From: Camelus ferus
Lineage: Eukaryota
DNA length: 64,000 bases
Reading direction: 5' to 3'
NCBI RefSeq assembly: GCF_009834535.1
Contig: NC_045696.1
Span: forward strand, 60,638,001 to 60,702,000
The translations under genes were made by a program, and so were the position numbers. Below the pieces are notes generated by a model, which worked only from the letters and a program-made list of their open reading frames with translations, was not told the origin of the DNA and ran no database searches. This document shows, piece by piece, positions 27,466-40,715 of this stretch (positions are counted from its first letter, which is position 1; each line of letters begins with the position of its first letter).

Positions 27466-28372
27466 AGTACCATTCTTTTAAATGTTATACTAATGTTCAT
27501 AACTTGTGATTGGTTAATGTTAATGATTTTAAATTTAAATATAAGAAATATGTATTTTTTAAGTTAACAATGCACAAATGTGGGGAAGCTATATTAAATT
27601 TGTTATTCATGTCAAGAGAGACTTCACCATCTGGATTACTATCACAGCACATTCTTTTCAAATGTGCTTATGCCTCATCAACCCCAACAATGTTCTTATG
27701 CCTTATAAACCTAAATCTACTAAGGAACAGCAAACATCATAATAACCAAATAAACTCCTAACATGGCTACTCATTTTAACCAATTTTACAATGAATAGTA
27801 TTTTCTGAACCTCTGATATAAAAATATTTCTAGAATAGAAATGATACCCAGCTGAAATATTGAGGTTAGATGAAAGATGGATGCTTAAATGGGTTTCTTT
27901 ATCTACTCTTAAAACGTCTGGTTCTTAGTAGACTATTAATTCAATCAATTTACTTAAAAATCCTCCTATAATCACTCCAATTCTAAAAGAAAGAAGTGTG
28001 TTTTTGATTTTGAAATGCCTCAAAGTGAATGTTAAAGGCAAAATGCTTTCTGTTTAAGTTACATTTTCAGGTGTGTAATTCATTGGAATCAAACAACCTT
28101 TTAATTTACACTTCACTACCTTTGCTGGCATCAAAAACCTCAATTTGAAATATACCTCCTGAAGTCAATTTTGAAATCCCACATTAATGCAAAATAGTGT
28201 CAGCAGTAATTCAAAGTATATAGTCCCACAGTACTAAATGTCTGACATACATAGGTCTAGAAATTCCTTGGTTTTTTAAATCAGTGTCATGGATTGTTTA
28301 AATAAATTAAGGCGCACTAATTACAGATAAACTGGGAATGAGGAAGACTGGCCTAAAACTAAAAGTATAGAT

Positions 28373-28697
28373 CAGTGCTTCTTAAACTTTAATGTGAGTG
28401 TATGTGTGTGTGCGTATATACATAAACCACACGGGAGTCTTACTGAAATGCAGATTCTGGTTCTCTAACTTTGAGATTAGGGGCTGAGATTACACATTTC
28501 TAACAAGTTCTCAGGTGATAGAGATGTTACTGATCTTCCAACCACTTTTTTTTTCTTCTTTCAGTTTTAATGAGGCATAATTGACAAAAAATGTAAGATA
28601 TTTAAAGTGTACTTGTAGTGATTTGATATACACATATATAGTGAAAGGACTCAAACCATCAAGTTAATTCAGACCACATTTTTAAAGTAGCAAGCCT
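28373..28697. mobile_element. MER5-type hAT element interrupted by a minus-strand L1 3' end (~28545-28670)
   Basis: cagtgcttcttaaacttt...aatgcagattctg...catttctaacaagttctcaggtgat; resumes accacatt...agtagcaag. Confidence 0.7.
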
Positions 28698-28703
28698 GTA
28701 GAC

Positions 28704-29609
28704 CAGGGGTTTGCAGACTATGGCCTTTAGGCCAAATCTGGCCTCCTATTTGTATAAATAATGTTTTGTTGGAACACATCCATGCCTATCCAACATATTA
28801 TCTATGGCCGCTTTCATAATACAAAGGCTGGGTTAAGTAGTGTTGATCCTTAAACAATATGGGTTTGAATTGCAGGTCTACTTATATGTGGATTTTTTCC
28901 AATAAACATACAAAAAATATACATGTAGAACATCATGTGCAAGACTTGTATTGAAGTGGATAGTCTATCCTTACAAAGGGGTGAGGTGAGTGATATTTAG
29001 TATAAAATTAATAATATGTTAGTTTTCTTACTGTTTTATAACTTTGCTTTCAAAGAATTACATTACCAGAATTACATTACCGTACAGTATGCCTCTCTCA
29101 TGTGAGAAACTGCAAATCATCACAGGTATGTCATTTTTTCAATATAATAATGTTTCCAATTTTATATTCTGAATATGATTATAATACTGTATGCCATAAA
29201 AATTTTATAACTATTCATTAGTGTATGGGCTAGGCTACCACGAAGCCGATTACACTAAGCTATCATAAAGCAATCATGTTGCTGTTTCTTCATTATCAAT
29301 GCACGAATCATACCTGTAAATAAATAAGAATTTTTTTCACATTATCTTCTCATTTTTGATGTCAAGTGTTAGTAATACATATAACTGCTACAGTGTTTGT
29401 ATTATGTAAGACAATACTGAGGTAGGTACTGACAGACAGATGATTCATCTTGTAAGCAGACCATGTAAACATAAGGTATGCGTGGGGGGTTGGTGCCCCT
29501 AACCCTTGCATTATTCAAGGGTCACCTGTAGTTCTAACAAAGACCTATGCCCACAGAGCTAAAAATATTTACTATCTGGTCCTTTACAGAAAATGTTTGC
29601 TGACCTCTG
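28704..29609. mobile_element. MER58A-like hAT element split by a Tigger insertion
   Basis: caggggtttgcagactatggcc...ggccaaatctggcc start; aaaatatttactatctggtcctttacagaaaatgtttgctgacctctg end. Confidence 0.8.
28840..29528. mobile_element. Tigger2-family (MER8/MER28-like) TcMar DNA transposon
   Basis: TIRs gttgatccttaaacaa / ttattcaagggtcacctg followed by TA; internal gggtttgaattgcaggtctacttatatgtggatttttt. Confidence 0.75.
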
Positions 29610-29959
29610 TTACAGGTAATACCAAAATGCACTACCCAACGTGGGAAGTAGGAGTAAAGTAGAAGTATCAATGACTTCCATGGTTTTGTGGGACCGTATT
29701 CTTTTCTTTAGGATTTCCAGTTCTGTATCCCATTGGGCCCCTTTTATTTTGTACAGAAACAAGAAGACTGTAGGTTTTTTATGTGCCATGTGACTTAACG
29801 CTACACCAAAAAACCATTACATTTTTTTTATGAAAATAAGAAATGACCAAGAGACTAAGAAACCAATTCTGAAAGGTTAAAAAGCCCTGGCAACATTGAA
29901 CACTTAATGGTATAGTCCTGACTTAATGACCTCTATAGACAGTTTATCCCATTACTTAC

Positions 29960-30100
29960 TCTTGTTAAATCCATGCCCAGCTTGAGCTGTGACAAGAGAT
30001 GGAGGATAACACTGCGTTGCTCTTCCACAGCTCCCAGGTCATCCTCCTTGTTGTCACAAGTGTCCTTCACCTCATCATCTGCATTTATTTCTTCAGGTTC
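29960..30100 (-). CDS. OSBPL11: OSBPL11 exon 8 (EPEEINADD...QLKLGMDLTR)
   Basis: ORF 29933-30115; tcaAG|GAACCT...ACAAGA|GTAAGT; 141 nt; start of ORD lid region. Confidence 0.95.
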
Positions 30101-32780
30101 CTTGATGTAACACAAAGCAAGTCTATCGTTAAACGTGCTTATTAATATCCATTATTACATGTGCTTCTTAATATCCATTAAGAATAAAAGTATAAACGTC
30201 AGACAAAGACATTTATATTGGGCTTAAATGAATCTGAGAACAGACACAAACCTTTCTGAAAATGTAACTGCCATCACTTGGCCATGGAACCGATTTCCTT
30301 CAATGAACCCATTATCACTGACATTGAACATACTGTGGTTTTGCCATATATATCGCACATAAAGTCCATATATTTTATGAAAACAAAATTTTTCAGAAAG
30401 AGTGAAAAATGTCTCATCTGAATCTTAGGCTTTGCAGGCTTTGACCACCTACCTGGGGACTCTACCACTACCTATAATTTAAGTTCAAGGTGTTTTGAGA
30501 ATTAAGTATTTGCCCTATGTTTAAGCTAAAACTATAAAGCTATAAAGGTAAAATTTTACAGTGACTGGACATGCCAAGTCTAACTTCTGTAATCTATATT
30601 TAGATATTCACTCATTCTTAGAGTTGTCAGAAAGAAACTGGGGTTGAAGAGACTTCTAGGTGCAGGTATGGAAACCCGGTAGTTGCTTATGCAGTCTTAA
30701 TGCCACAAAAAGTTCTCTGCACAGTTCTTCAATCAATCAATAATACAACCCCTTGAAAAACCAAAAATGTTTACTCTCATCTCCACAGGGTCTTAGCTCC
30801 AGATAACTGATTAAGAGAAACTTAATTTCTTATTTATTTCTATGTAAACAACGAACAACAGTTTCAAATCCCAAGATTCTATAACCTTAGCAGATACCAC
30901 TTTACATGTTTATATGGGGATGGTGTCCCATCTCTCTCAGTGGTACCTCTTTGTGCAAGAGAGATTTATATGAGTATATTATCTTTGTTATTGTGTTAAA
31001 TTTTAAGTTATGAGGGTTTTAAAAGGAAATGATTTTGTTAATGTTTCTGCCTTTAATTTTCTCTTCCTATCAAATAAGAAGCCTGTCTGTTCTATATAGT
31101 AGCTAGGCAAAGAAAACCAACCCTAATCAGGCACAAAATCAAGAATTTAATGTTCTCAAAACATTAAAAGCGAAGTATAAAACATGGTGACAGAATTAAA
31201 GAATAATGGGTTTCTGGTCATTCTTTTGCCTCTGTTTTTCTCCTTTTTCCTGTTCCCTTCTACCAAGGAAATCTTTATCAGCTCACATTCTGATAAATAA
31301 ATTAATGGTCTAGTTTATTTCTTCAAAGACCAAACACAACTATTGTTTGTGTATATCAGAATTGCTTCTGTTTTTATGACCTTGAGGAGAGATCCCAAAG
31401 GTAAGTTTCTCAATTCCTTTTCAAAGGCTAGTAAGTCGGTAGGAGGTATTTCCTGTTATCTACCCTAAATCAGTTGCACAATATAGTTTAAGTACACTTA
31501 TGAGTGTTTACTCATCATAAAACAAGGGGAAAAACTGAATTATCCCCCCTCTCTATATATGAATATCAAAAATAATAATTTTTCATTTGAGAAATGTTGA
31601 GGGGAAAAAACCTAATAGGTCCCGATTAAATAATGTTCTCCAACCTTCTGAAAGCTTTCATTACATATGAGGTCAGAACCTAGGACACAGATTAATAATG
31701 CAAATATAGCCTTAATATTATTATATAATACAAAGTTTACTTTGTGGTTTCCTCTAATGAAAATAACATTAAACCAAAGAGATAAAACATAATCTGGTAG
31801 AAAAGCTATTTAAAAGAATACAGTTTTTGTTGTTTCTATAAAAATATTCAAATCACTTATTCGAACAGGAAAAAAAAAAAAAGGAATTCTATTCACAATT
31901 AAATACTGATTATAAAGCCTGATGTGAATGGAAGAATTTGGAAGCTCTCTTTCCTTTTTGAAATGCTTCTCAGAGATCACCATGTCTTTTTTAAAGAAAA
32001 GCTTAAGGTAAAAAAAAGCATTACCAAAATTCAAGTAAACATGCTCAAATGTACAAAACCCCTACAAACCCAGGATGGTTAGCAAATAAAGTTGCAAGAG
32101 CTGTTGAATTTCTGGGAATTCATACTATTTGGAGATTACATGGCAAGGGGAAACCCCAATATTCCAAAAAACTCATACTAACTCCATTTTTTGTCCTCCT
32201 AATCCCTGACTTGGGCACTAAGGAATTGTGGGCTTCATTCTAACCTCATTGGGGTTTACCTCCTCTATCATCTGACAGTGAAATCTCCACTATTGTAATA
32301 AACATTTCCAGTTTGCATTAAAATTCGTATTCCAAAGAAAGCATATGTGAACTTTTCAAAAACAATTCAGGTCTTTTCTGGTATGCTTGAGTGGAGTATA
32401 ATGTCTTTAGTAACTGAAAAAAAAATCTATGCACTTATTTTTCTTGTACTTGCACTAGGTGATATATTGGTCTACTCACCATTTCAAAAGATTTGGTAAT
32501 TCACCAGTCCTCTCCTTCCCACCTCTGTGCCCCATCTCTAACATATGCCTCTATCCTGATTTCCAACATGCTTTATACTCTCATTCAGAAAAATGAAAAT
32601 GTTATAGTATATGACCGACAGTTTATAATTTTTTACTTGCAAATTTTCTCTTGCACCAAAGCTTTGGTTTCATCATTTCCAATTGCTTTTCATATACATT
32701 AACAATCATATATCCTCTTCACATAAAATTCAACATGTTCATAAATCATACTAAATCTTTTCTCTCAAAAAGCTCTTTCT

Positions 32781-32909
32781 GGGGGGAGGGTATAGCTCAG
32801 TGGTACAGCACATGCTTAGCCTGCACAAGGTCCTGGGTTCAATCCCCAGTACCTCCATTAAATAAAAAAAAAACCTGATTACCTTCCCCCTCAAAACAAA
32901 CAAACAAAC
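32781..32909 (+). mobile_element. tRNA-derived SINE (Vic-1-like)
   Basis: GGGGAGGGTATAGCTCAGTGGTACAGC...GGTTCAATCCCCAGTACCTCC; 13-bp TSD at 32768-32780 and 32910-32922 (1 mismatch). Confidence 0.92.
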
Positions 32910-32924
32910 AAAAGCTCCTTCTTC

Positions 32925-33895
32925 CTAATTTTGCTAGCTTTGTGAATGGCACCACAATTTTAATCATTTAGGCTCAAAAACTTGGAGTTATCTTTGATCC
33001 AACCCTGTATCAAGTCAATCACCAAGTTCAACTGATTTTTCACTTGAAATGTACAGTATTTATTCATTTGTCTTTATTGCTACTTCCACAGCCTTCTATA
33101 CACACTTTAATTCCAAGTTGTACCAGATACTGATCTTTTTAAATATATCACATCCCTCTCCAAGCTCAAGACCTCATTACCTATCACAGTAAGACTAAAT
33201 TTTTCTATATGAGTTTTATCTTCCTCAGGGACACAATTTACACTGTATTCTGTGGAGCAGTGCTCCAGAGATTATTATTTCACAGTGTAAATGGTCATCT
33301 GGATTTGTAAAATCCAACAACCCTGGGATCATTTGCCATAAACCAGGAGCTCTGCTGAATTTATTTTATCTTCATAACAATCTTAAAAGGTACTGTTACC
33401 CTTCTCTTACAGATGAGGAAGCTAAGAGTGGTTAATCAATTGATTCACGTTAGTAAATGACAGGACCTGAGTTCAAAATCATTAGGCAAGCCTTCTCCAA
33501 AGTAAGTAAGTATACATGCCTTAGTATCTCTGCTCATGTTACTCCTCCATCTTGAGAGTCCCTTACTACTATTCTTCTCTTCAAATCTTATCTCCTTTCA
33601 AAGCCCAATTTCAATTCCACTTTCTCTCTCAAGCTTTCCTCATCCTCTCTGCTCAATGTATCTCTCTTCTCTCCCTGAATGCCCATAACCCAAGAGCCTA
33701 AACAATAGCAATTAAGATGAAAAAATAAATACAGCTTCATATTATCATCTCATTGTTTTGGTGTATATGTGCTGTGACTCTAAATAGATTTTTAGTCTCT
33801 TCAGTGAAAGAACTGTCTTCTATTTTTGTATGCCCTCTAATTCTTAACACTGGACTTGTCAAATACTAGACAGCTTAATAAATATTTACTAACTG
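32925..33895 (+). mobile_element. Degraded L2 fragments with small hAT (MER91-like, ~33226-33325) and MIR (~33380-33490) inserts
   Basis: ggctcaaaaacttggagttatctttga; L2 end cagcttaataaatatttact; MIR core ttacagatgaggaagctaag. Confidence 0.55.
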
Positions 33896-34924
33896 CTTGA
33901 CTCCACAAATGAATTAGTCATAAAGCTATAGACAATAAGGATTTCATACTTCTTCTTTCTTTCCCCTGCCCACCCTGCTGCCATTGCCTGCCTCATTGAG
34001 TCAAACCCCTGCCAGTTTGGAAGTCCCTATGTCATATGTTTCTTTAAAGAACTAATTTGCAAATATATAAACAACCATAAACTATGCATTACTCTTGACA
34101 CAGTAATTCTACTTGGGAATATAACCTAAAGAAATAAGGGGAGGAAAAAAAAAACCAGACAAGATGATACAGAATTATTTATAAGGACAAAAAATAACAA
34201 AAACCCTAGACATTCAATAGCCTACTTCAAGCTTTTAAAACTTTAATTATATAGGCCTTGAAAGTATCAAATGAAAAGAGCTTAAAACAAAACTATCTAT
34301 GTAATTATGATAACCATAAAAGTAACAGATGTGAACTCAAAAGGCAAAAAAAAACCCAGTATGATTTGTTACAGCGGTGAAACTATGAATAGAAGAAAAC
34401 ACTCTTCAGCTTCTGAGAAATGTGGAATGAATAATACTTTAAAAATATTAAACCCTAAACTGTGTGCCATTTAAGTAGAATAAATTTTTAAAAATTGGTT
34501 TGGTAAAGTGCTTACTATCAGAAAAACTAATAGTAAACTCTTAAACTTGTAAATTTAATATGAAACACCTAGTAAATAATGTTAAATAAAGAAATGTAAG
34601 AGATAAATATCATGTACATAATCTTCTATTAGAAAAGCTATTTTCCAAAAAAAGAAAAACATGTAAATTTCAATTTTTAAATACTTTTATATCAAGCAAG
34701 GGTAAACCAAAACTAAAAAGGGCACATAATTTAACCTGGAAGACAGAACATGTACAAATTTTATACAGCAGACCCCTTCCAAAGCCAATGCATTTTAAGG
34801 TAGAACAACGTCTAGAGTCTGCTCTTGTTAAATGGACTTGCATGTCCTGACAATGAAAAGAGAACTGATACTTTTCAATGATTACTAATTTTTACACCAA
34901 ACCCTTATTTTCACATTACCTTAC

Positions 34925-35070
34925 CCTTGCTAATAGTCCAGATTCTGCAACACACTGCTCCTCTGGGACTGCCACTGGCTTACTCTGCTCAGTTGCAAAG
35001 GGCTGGTCAGCTCCATTTTTATAGTGGTTTGATAAAGGTATCTTTGGTTCTAACCACTCGATTGTCGTTC
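34925..35070 (-). CDS. OSBPL11: OSBPL11 exon 7 (GTTIEWLEPK...ESGLLAR)
   Basis: ORF 34916-35110; catcAG|GAACG...GCAAGG|GTAAG; 146 nt. Confidence 0.95.
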
Positions 35071-36709
35071 CTGATGAAGTAAGAGAAAACTTTCGCTGAA
35101 ACTTGCTCATAATCTGGAAAGTTCAGCAGATGTGGATTTTATTTAACAATTTTCCTTGAGCCTATAAGACTAAAAGCAATTCAGCCTGTTAAGAGACTCT
35201 GCAAGACAGTGACTTGTATCTCATTAGCATAAGCATCATGATTGGGTATTTTACTACAGAGTAACTTGTAACTTGAAATCAGATACCATTTAAATGAATC
35301 AACCCTGAACAGTACTGAACTCACTTCTTGGGCAAATCTGTGACTCAGAAAGTATATTCCCAGCCTAATAGTTGATTTGCTGTCTTTCCTGCATGAACCA
35401 TGTCCCTCAAGAGATAAAAAGTATACCATTAGGCTGAAGAGAGTCACAATTACAGGAGGAGGCTGTGATTGTGAAACAGTAAAATTTGCTTCAGTTTGGG
35501 ATTGAACTTTTTCTCAGTAGCAGCTTTCTAACCAATCAAGATAATTTTCTTGATCTAATTTAAGAATTGCAAATGCATGTCCATTTTTTTTTCCAGTCAT
35601 ATGAAAAAGCTCCATATACTTTTAAACTCAAAGGCTCTTCTACTGAATAAATAATAGCTGACCTAGTAAAAGACCGTGGTCTCATTTAGAGACCTGTCAT
35701 CTTCTCAGTTAATGACTCAATGTCTCTTATTACCCTCAAACTAGTTTAACAAAGTGGATTCTATGCCTAATCAATAATGGAAAGTGTTCCATTTGATTTC
35801 AGAGGCTGATCTAGGTTGCAGAGAAGCTTGAATATAGAATGCTACATTAAGGGATGCTCAGACTACTACAGCAGAAATTAAAAGGCGTATGGAATTTACT
35901 TAGTCTATAATAAAATCCCAGACTTCAGTAGAGAAATAAATTACAAAGTACTTATCAGGCTACCAGGCAGTTTGCCTTGCTACTTAGTTAAGTTTCACTT
36001 GGCACTGGGGGGATACACAGTCATGGTAATGCCCTAGATAAATGAACGGAACCTGTTGCAAAATTCCAAAGAAATGAAACCACTTTGCACCTACCTTGAA
36101 ATGTTTATTTTTAACATTTAAAATGCATTTAAAATGGACACAAACACCAAACTTTAAAAGATGTGTTTTAGGAGGTCACTCAACTGACAGGAAACCATAT
36201 CAAAATTCTTTATCATACCAATCATTTGGTCTTGGGATCCCTCTAAAGCAATAATTACTACTGTGTCTCTGTATAACACACATTAAGACCTCATGGGACT
36301 AAACACTAGTTTTTATTTAAATTTCACTTCTCCGATCATCTCAAAATTTGAGTGGGAAGGTAATTCAGTTTTTTCATAATTATATTTTCATTCTCAAGTG
36401 ACTTAAGAATAAATTTCTACAGACCTAATTTGGAAAACATGGCAATTTGCGAGAAATAGCAATATTACTGAATTAATTCCCTCAAATACTCACAAGTCTG
36501 TGCTCTAAAAGACAGTGATAAGAGAGAACATCTTTTACTTTAAACAATTCTGTAAAGTTTACAATGTGTTTCATTTTAATTTAAAAAATACAAATTTATA
36601 TTGTGCATACTTCATTAATCATGAAGCAATCATTTAAAAATATGGCTATAAAACTACAACAATGAAATTCTAAGAAATTAAAAAATTACACAGTATTGAA
36701 TAAATCAAA

Positions 36710-36875
36710 TAATTTTTTGAATTGAAGTATATTTGATTTACAATATTATATTAGTTTCAGGAGTACAGCATAGTGATTCAGGATTTTTATAGATCATACT
36801 ACACTAAAAGTTATTATAAGATAATGGCTATAATTCCCTGTGCTATACAATATGTCCTGTTGCTTACCTATTTAC
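36710..36875 (-). mobile_element. L1 3' end fragment
   Basis: attgaagtatatttgatttacaatattatattagtttcagg...ttccctgtgctatacaa. Confidence 0.78.
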
Positions 36876-37624
36876 AAACATAGATTTTCAAACAACAGTG
36901 AGGTAAAATAAAAACTAAGAAAAAAAGAAAAGCCTGGTTGGGCATGTACTAATATATTAATAGGGGCAATTTCTGTTTGGTAGGATAATGTACAATTTTT
37001 TTCAATTGAATGGTAATTTCTAAATTTTTTATGAGTATGTTGCTTTAAAATAGGAGAAATGTATATTGGACTACTTACAATTTCTCTGAGGCACCAGTCC
37101 ATGTTCACAACTCACAATTTAGGCTCTTCCATCTCTCTGGAATGCCCTTTCCCCTGCCTCCCACCCCTAAGCTAACTGGTTTTCCTAGCTTTTCTGTGTC
37201 CTTCCCATACTTTCCTATCAGAAGTATTAGTCCATTCATATATTCTCCCACAGTACTTTGTTCCCATGTAAATGATACTTTACATATTAATTATATTTAA
37301 CTATTTACATGTTTCTTACCCAAGCTGACTATGAGTTCCTTAAAAGCAACACAAATAACTTACTGGCCTCTGTAATACTGCCCTGACCTATATCTACAAT
37401 TACCATTAGCTTGTTACTGTTAGCTTGAAATACTGAATTTAGGCCCACACAGGATGGGATTCATACCATATCCATATCAAGATCTGACTGTAGTTAACTT
37501 TTTCCTGAGCAAAGTCTCAATTTCTTTCTAAAATATCTTTCTTTCACAAGTAAGGGGGGAAAAAAAAACAAGCAAGGGGAGTTAGCTGGATAAGAGAACA
37601 AAGAATGCTGGGAAATACTGGGTC

Positions 37625-37958
37625 ACTACTATTAATACAATGTGATGCGGTTGAGGGGTTTGGAGAGATGTTGTTAAAGGGTACAAACTTGCAACCAGAA
37701 GATGAATAAGTCCCAGAGATCAAATGTACAACATAGTGAATACAGTCACCAATAATGTATTAAATATTCCAAAGTTGCTAAGAGACTAGATCCTAAATGC
37801 TCTCACTACAAAAAATATGACAGTTATGTGATATGACGGAGGTATCAGCTAACATTTTGGTGGTAATCATATCACAATATATAAATGTATCAAATCAACA
37901 CATTGTATACCTTAAACTTACACAATGTTATATGTTTATTACATCTCAATTTTAAAAA
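37625..37958 (+). mobile_element. L1MA-type 3' end
   Basis: aaagggtacaaacttgca...aaagttgctaagaga...caaatcaacacattgtataccttaaacttacacaatg. Confidence 0.8.
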
Positions 37959-38524
37959 TGATGAGTTTATTCATCTTATTTAATTGGAAAACTCATCTTT
38001 TGTTACCCCATGCAATAACATTCTTTGCCTCAGTAAATTAAGTTCAACAAATTAAGTGTTCTCAAATACTAGATGCATGTCTTATTTTTCAAACTGAAAG
38101 GTGACTGACAGACTTTAATATATATTTCTCAATCCGGAAATAATGATTAGTGGACTAAGCCAAAACTCAAGGAATGATTCTAACATTTCTACTTTGATAG
38201 ATGGAGAAATAGTGATGCCATCAACTTTAATAAAAATATAGAAGATGTGAGTTTTGAGTTCATTTTCTGACATGGTGAGTCTGAGGTTTCTAAAGGGATA
38301 TTTAAATTATATAAGACTAAAAATCATTTTACATTTGAAAATGGACATAATAAAAAAGACTTTATACAACATTAGTGCGATAATTAAAAACCAAGAGGCT
38401 TGCTGGTTTTCTATTTGCTTTGTTTTGTTCTAATTAAGATTTTCTGGAGTAGAATTACAAAGAATGCAGTTAGCCCTTTCCATTGGCCTGCAGTGCTAAG
38501 TCTTACCTTTAAGCAATAACTTAC

Positions 38525-38726
38525 CTGAAGGCAATGAGCCTTTTTGATGTGATGCATGCTGCAACTGGAGAATATGAAAGCAGTCATTTAAGCAGTTCAT
38601 AGTTGCCATGGAAGTAGCCTTGAGCATTAAGAGATCCTGGTCCAAGGAACTAAGGTGGCCAGAAGCAGGAAGGCATTCAATTCGTCTAATTAAGTCTCTT
38701 TGTTGTCCTTCAGCATGAGACATCAT
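38525..38726 (-). CDS. OSBPL11: OSBPL11 exon 6 (MMSHAEGQQRDL...HQKGSLPS)
   Basis: ORF 38496-38726; ttAG|ATGATG...TTCAG|GTAAG; 202 nt. Confidence 0.96.
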
Positions 38727-39689
38727 CTAAGGAAAACAACAGTTCTGTGTGTCCCACTCATAATTTCTTGCCATATATACATATATACATGTATACATAC
38801 AATTGCCATTTTAATTACCATATTCTGTATAACAAGTATACATACATAGTTGCCATTTTTAGGACATATTAGGCTTAGAAATCTATTTTAAGTTTGGCTA
38901 TTCTCAATTGAGAAGCATTATTAAATTAAATTATTATTAAATGCTTCTCAATTGAGCAAAAGATGGTAATCTTTAGCAGATGTGCTTTTTCTTTGGCAGC
39001 AACGAAGATCAAGACTTGCCACATTTTATTAACAGTATAAATTTATACAAGTCATCAGAAAGAACATTCCAGATCACCTTTAACAGTAGCATTAAATATT
39101 TCACTCCAAAGTAAAATTAATTCCCAGTCTGGGCTCTCAACCATTTTTACACAGCATCTCTGGACAGGCCCAATTTGAACCTACAGTGAGGACAAGATAG
39201 TCTACATGCTTCTGTTTGCTAATCTTTCTGGTTCCGTTAGGTTGATTTTGGAGCAAATACTGGATGTAAGCTTTTCAGGTTAAAAGAGTTCAATACGCTT
39301 TTTGATTAGGAGGTTTATCTGTAATAGAGTCAATGGAATAACAATGATGAGGAGCAATCAATTTTTTAAAATGAAAACTGAATTTATCGTGCTTAATTAC
39401 TTTCAATTGTGAGCAGAAGGTTCTCATCTCAGATTGCCTATCCTTTGAACATTATTTTAATTCACATAGACTCTTTAGTGGAGAGACATTTTTAGCTTTC
39501 AAAGGCTCTGCTCCAGACAAATTTTCATACAGTTCATCCGAGGGCTAGTGAAAAAAGAGATGCAAAATGATCCTATCAAGCAAACCAAGTGTGTCATATA
39601 TGAAACAGCCCCTGAAAAATACATCGTGGTACTGGATCAAACACTACAAGAGTGGTTAAATGAAAAGTGTCGGTATAAAGGTATCTACA

Positions 39690-40203
39690 CAAATCTTCCT
39701 CCATTTACAATGGTGTTACACCCTGATAAATCCATCATAAGTTAAAAATATCACAAGTTGAAAATATCAGAAGTCAAAAATACATTTAATACACTTAACA
39801 TACTGTACATCATAGCTCTGCCTAGTCTACATTAAGTGTGCTCAGAACTTTTACATTAGCCTACAGCTGCACAAAATCATCTAACACAAAGCCTGTTTTA
39901 TAATACGGTACTCAATATTTCATGTTATTTTTTCTACTGCACTGAAAGTGAAAAACAGAATGGTTATACAGATACAGGATGGTTGTAAAGGTGCTAGCCG
40001 TTTACCCTCATGATCACGTGGCTGACTGAGAGCTGGGGCTTGCTGCCAGCATCAGGAGAAAGTACTGTACTACATATCACTAACCCAGGAAAAGATCAAA
40101 ATTTAAAATTCAAAGGACAGTTTCTACTGAATGTGTATCACTTTTGCACCACTGTAAAGTCAAAATATCATAAGTCAAACCATTGTAAGTTGGGGACTGT
40201 TTG
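39690..40203. mobile_element. Tigger3/MER7-like TcMar DNA transposon
   Basis: TIRs caaatcttcctccatttacaatgg / ccattgtaagttggggactgtttg; internal aaaatcatctaacacaaagcct. Confidence 0.8.
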
Positions 40204-40254
40204 TGTATATGTAAATGTTTTTGTATATAAATGTCAGGACTAACTCCCAATAAT

Positions 40255-40715
40255 CTAAAATTATGAATAAGTACAACTACTTTGGAAAACAGTTTGGCAA
40301 TATCTACTAGAGTTAAATATATAGAGCTAAATAAACATAATCCATGACCCAACAATTATATTCTTAGATACATAGCCAACAGATATGTATATATGTTCAT
40401 AAACTCAAATGTCTACCAACCCTGGAATGAATAAAAAATATTAAGGTATGTCCATATAATAAATACTGTGAAGCAACAAAGGAACTGCTACATTCAATAT
40501 CACAAGTAAATCTACAACATATGTTGACTAAAAAGAAGCCATACCTAAAGGAGCACATACTATTTGATTCCAGTTTTAGAAATTTCAAAAGTAGACAAAA
40601 TAAATACATGGTATTAGAAGTCAGGATAGCGAGGAGAGTGTAGTGACGGAGAGGCATGAGAGGGTCTTCTAGGGTGCTGGAAATATTTAATTTTTTAATC
40701 CAGGAGGTGGTTATG
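40255..40715 (+). mobile_element. Old L1ME-type 3' region
   Basis: gtacaactactttggaaaacagtttggcaatatctactag...tagaagtcaggatag. Confidence 0.65.

Noticed and set aside
39075..39318. Possible cryptic or poison exon in intron 5 (acceptor-like ctattacag at ~39319-39327)
   Set aside because: Only generic splice-like motifs and an early stop; no transcript or conservation evidence available.
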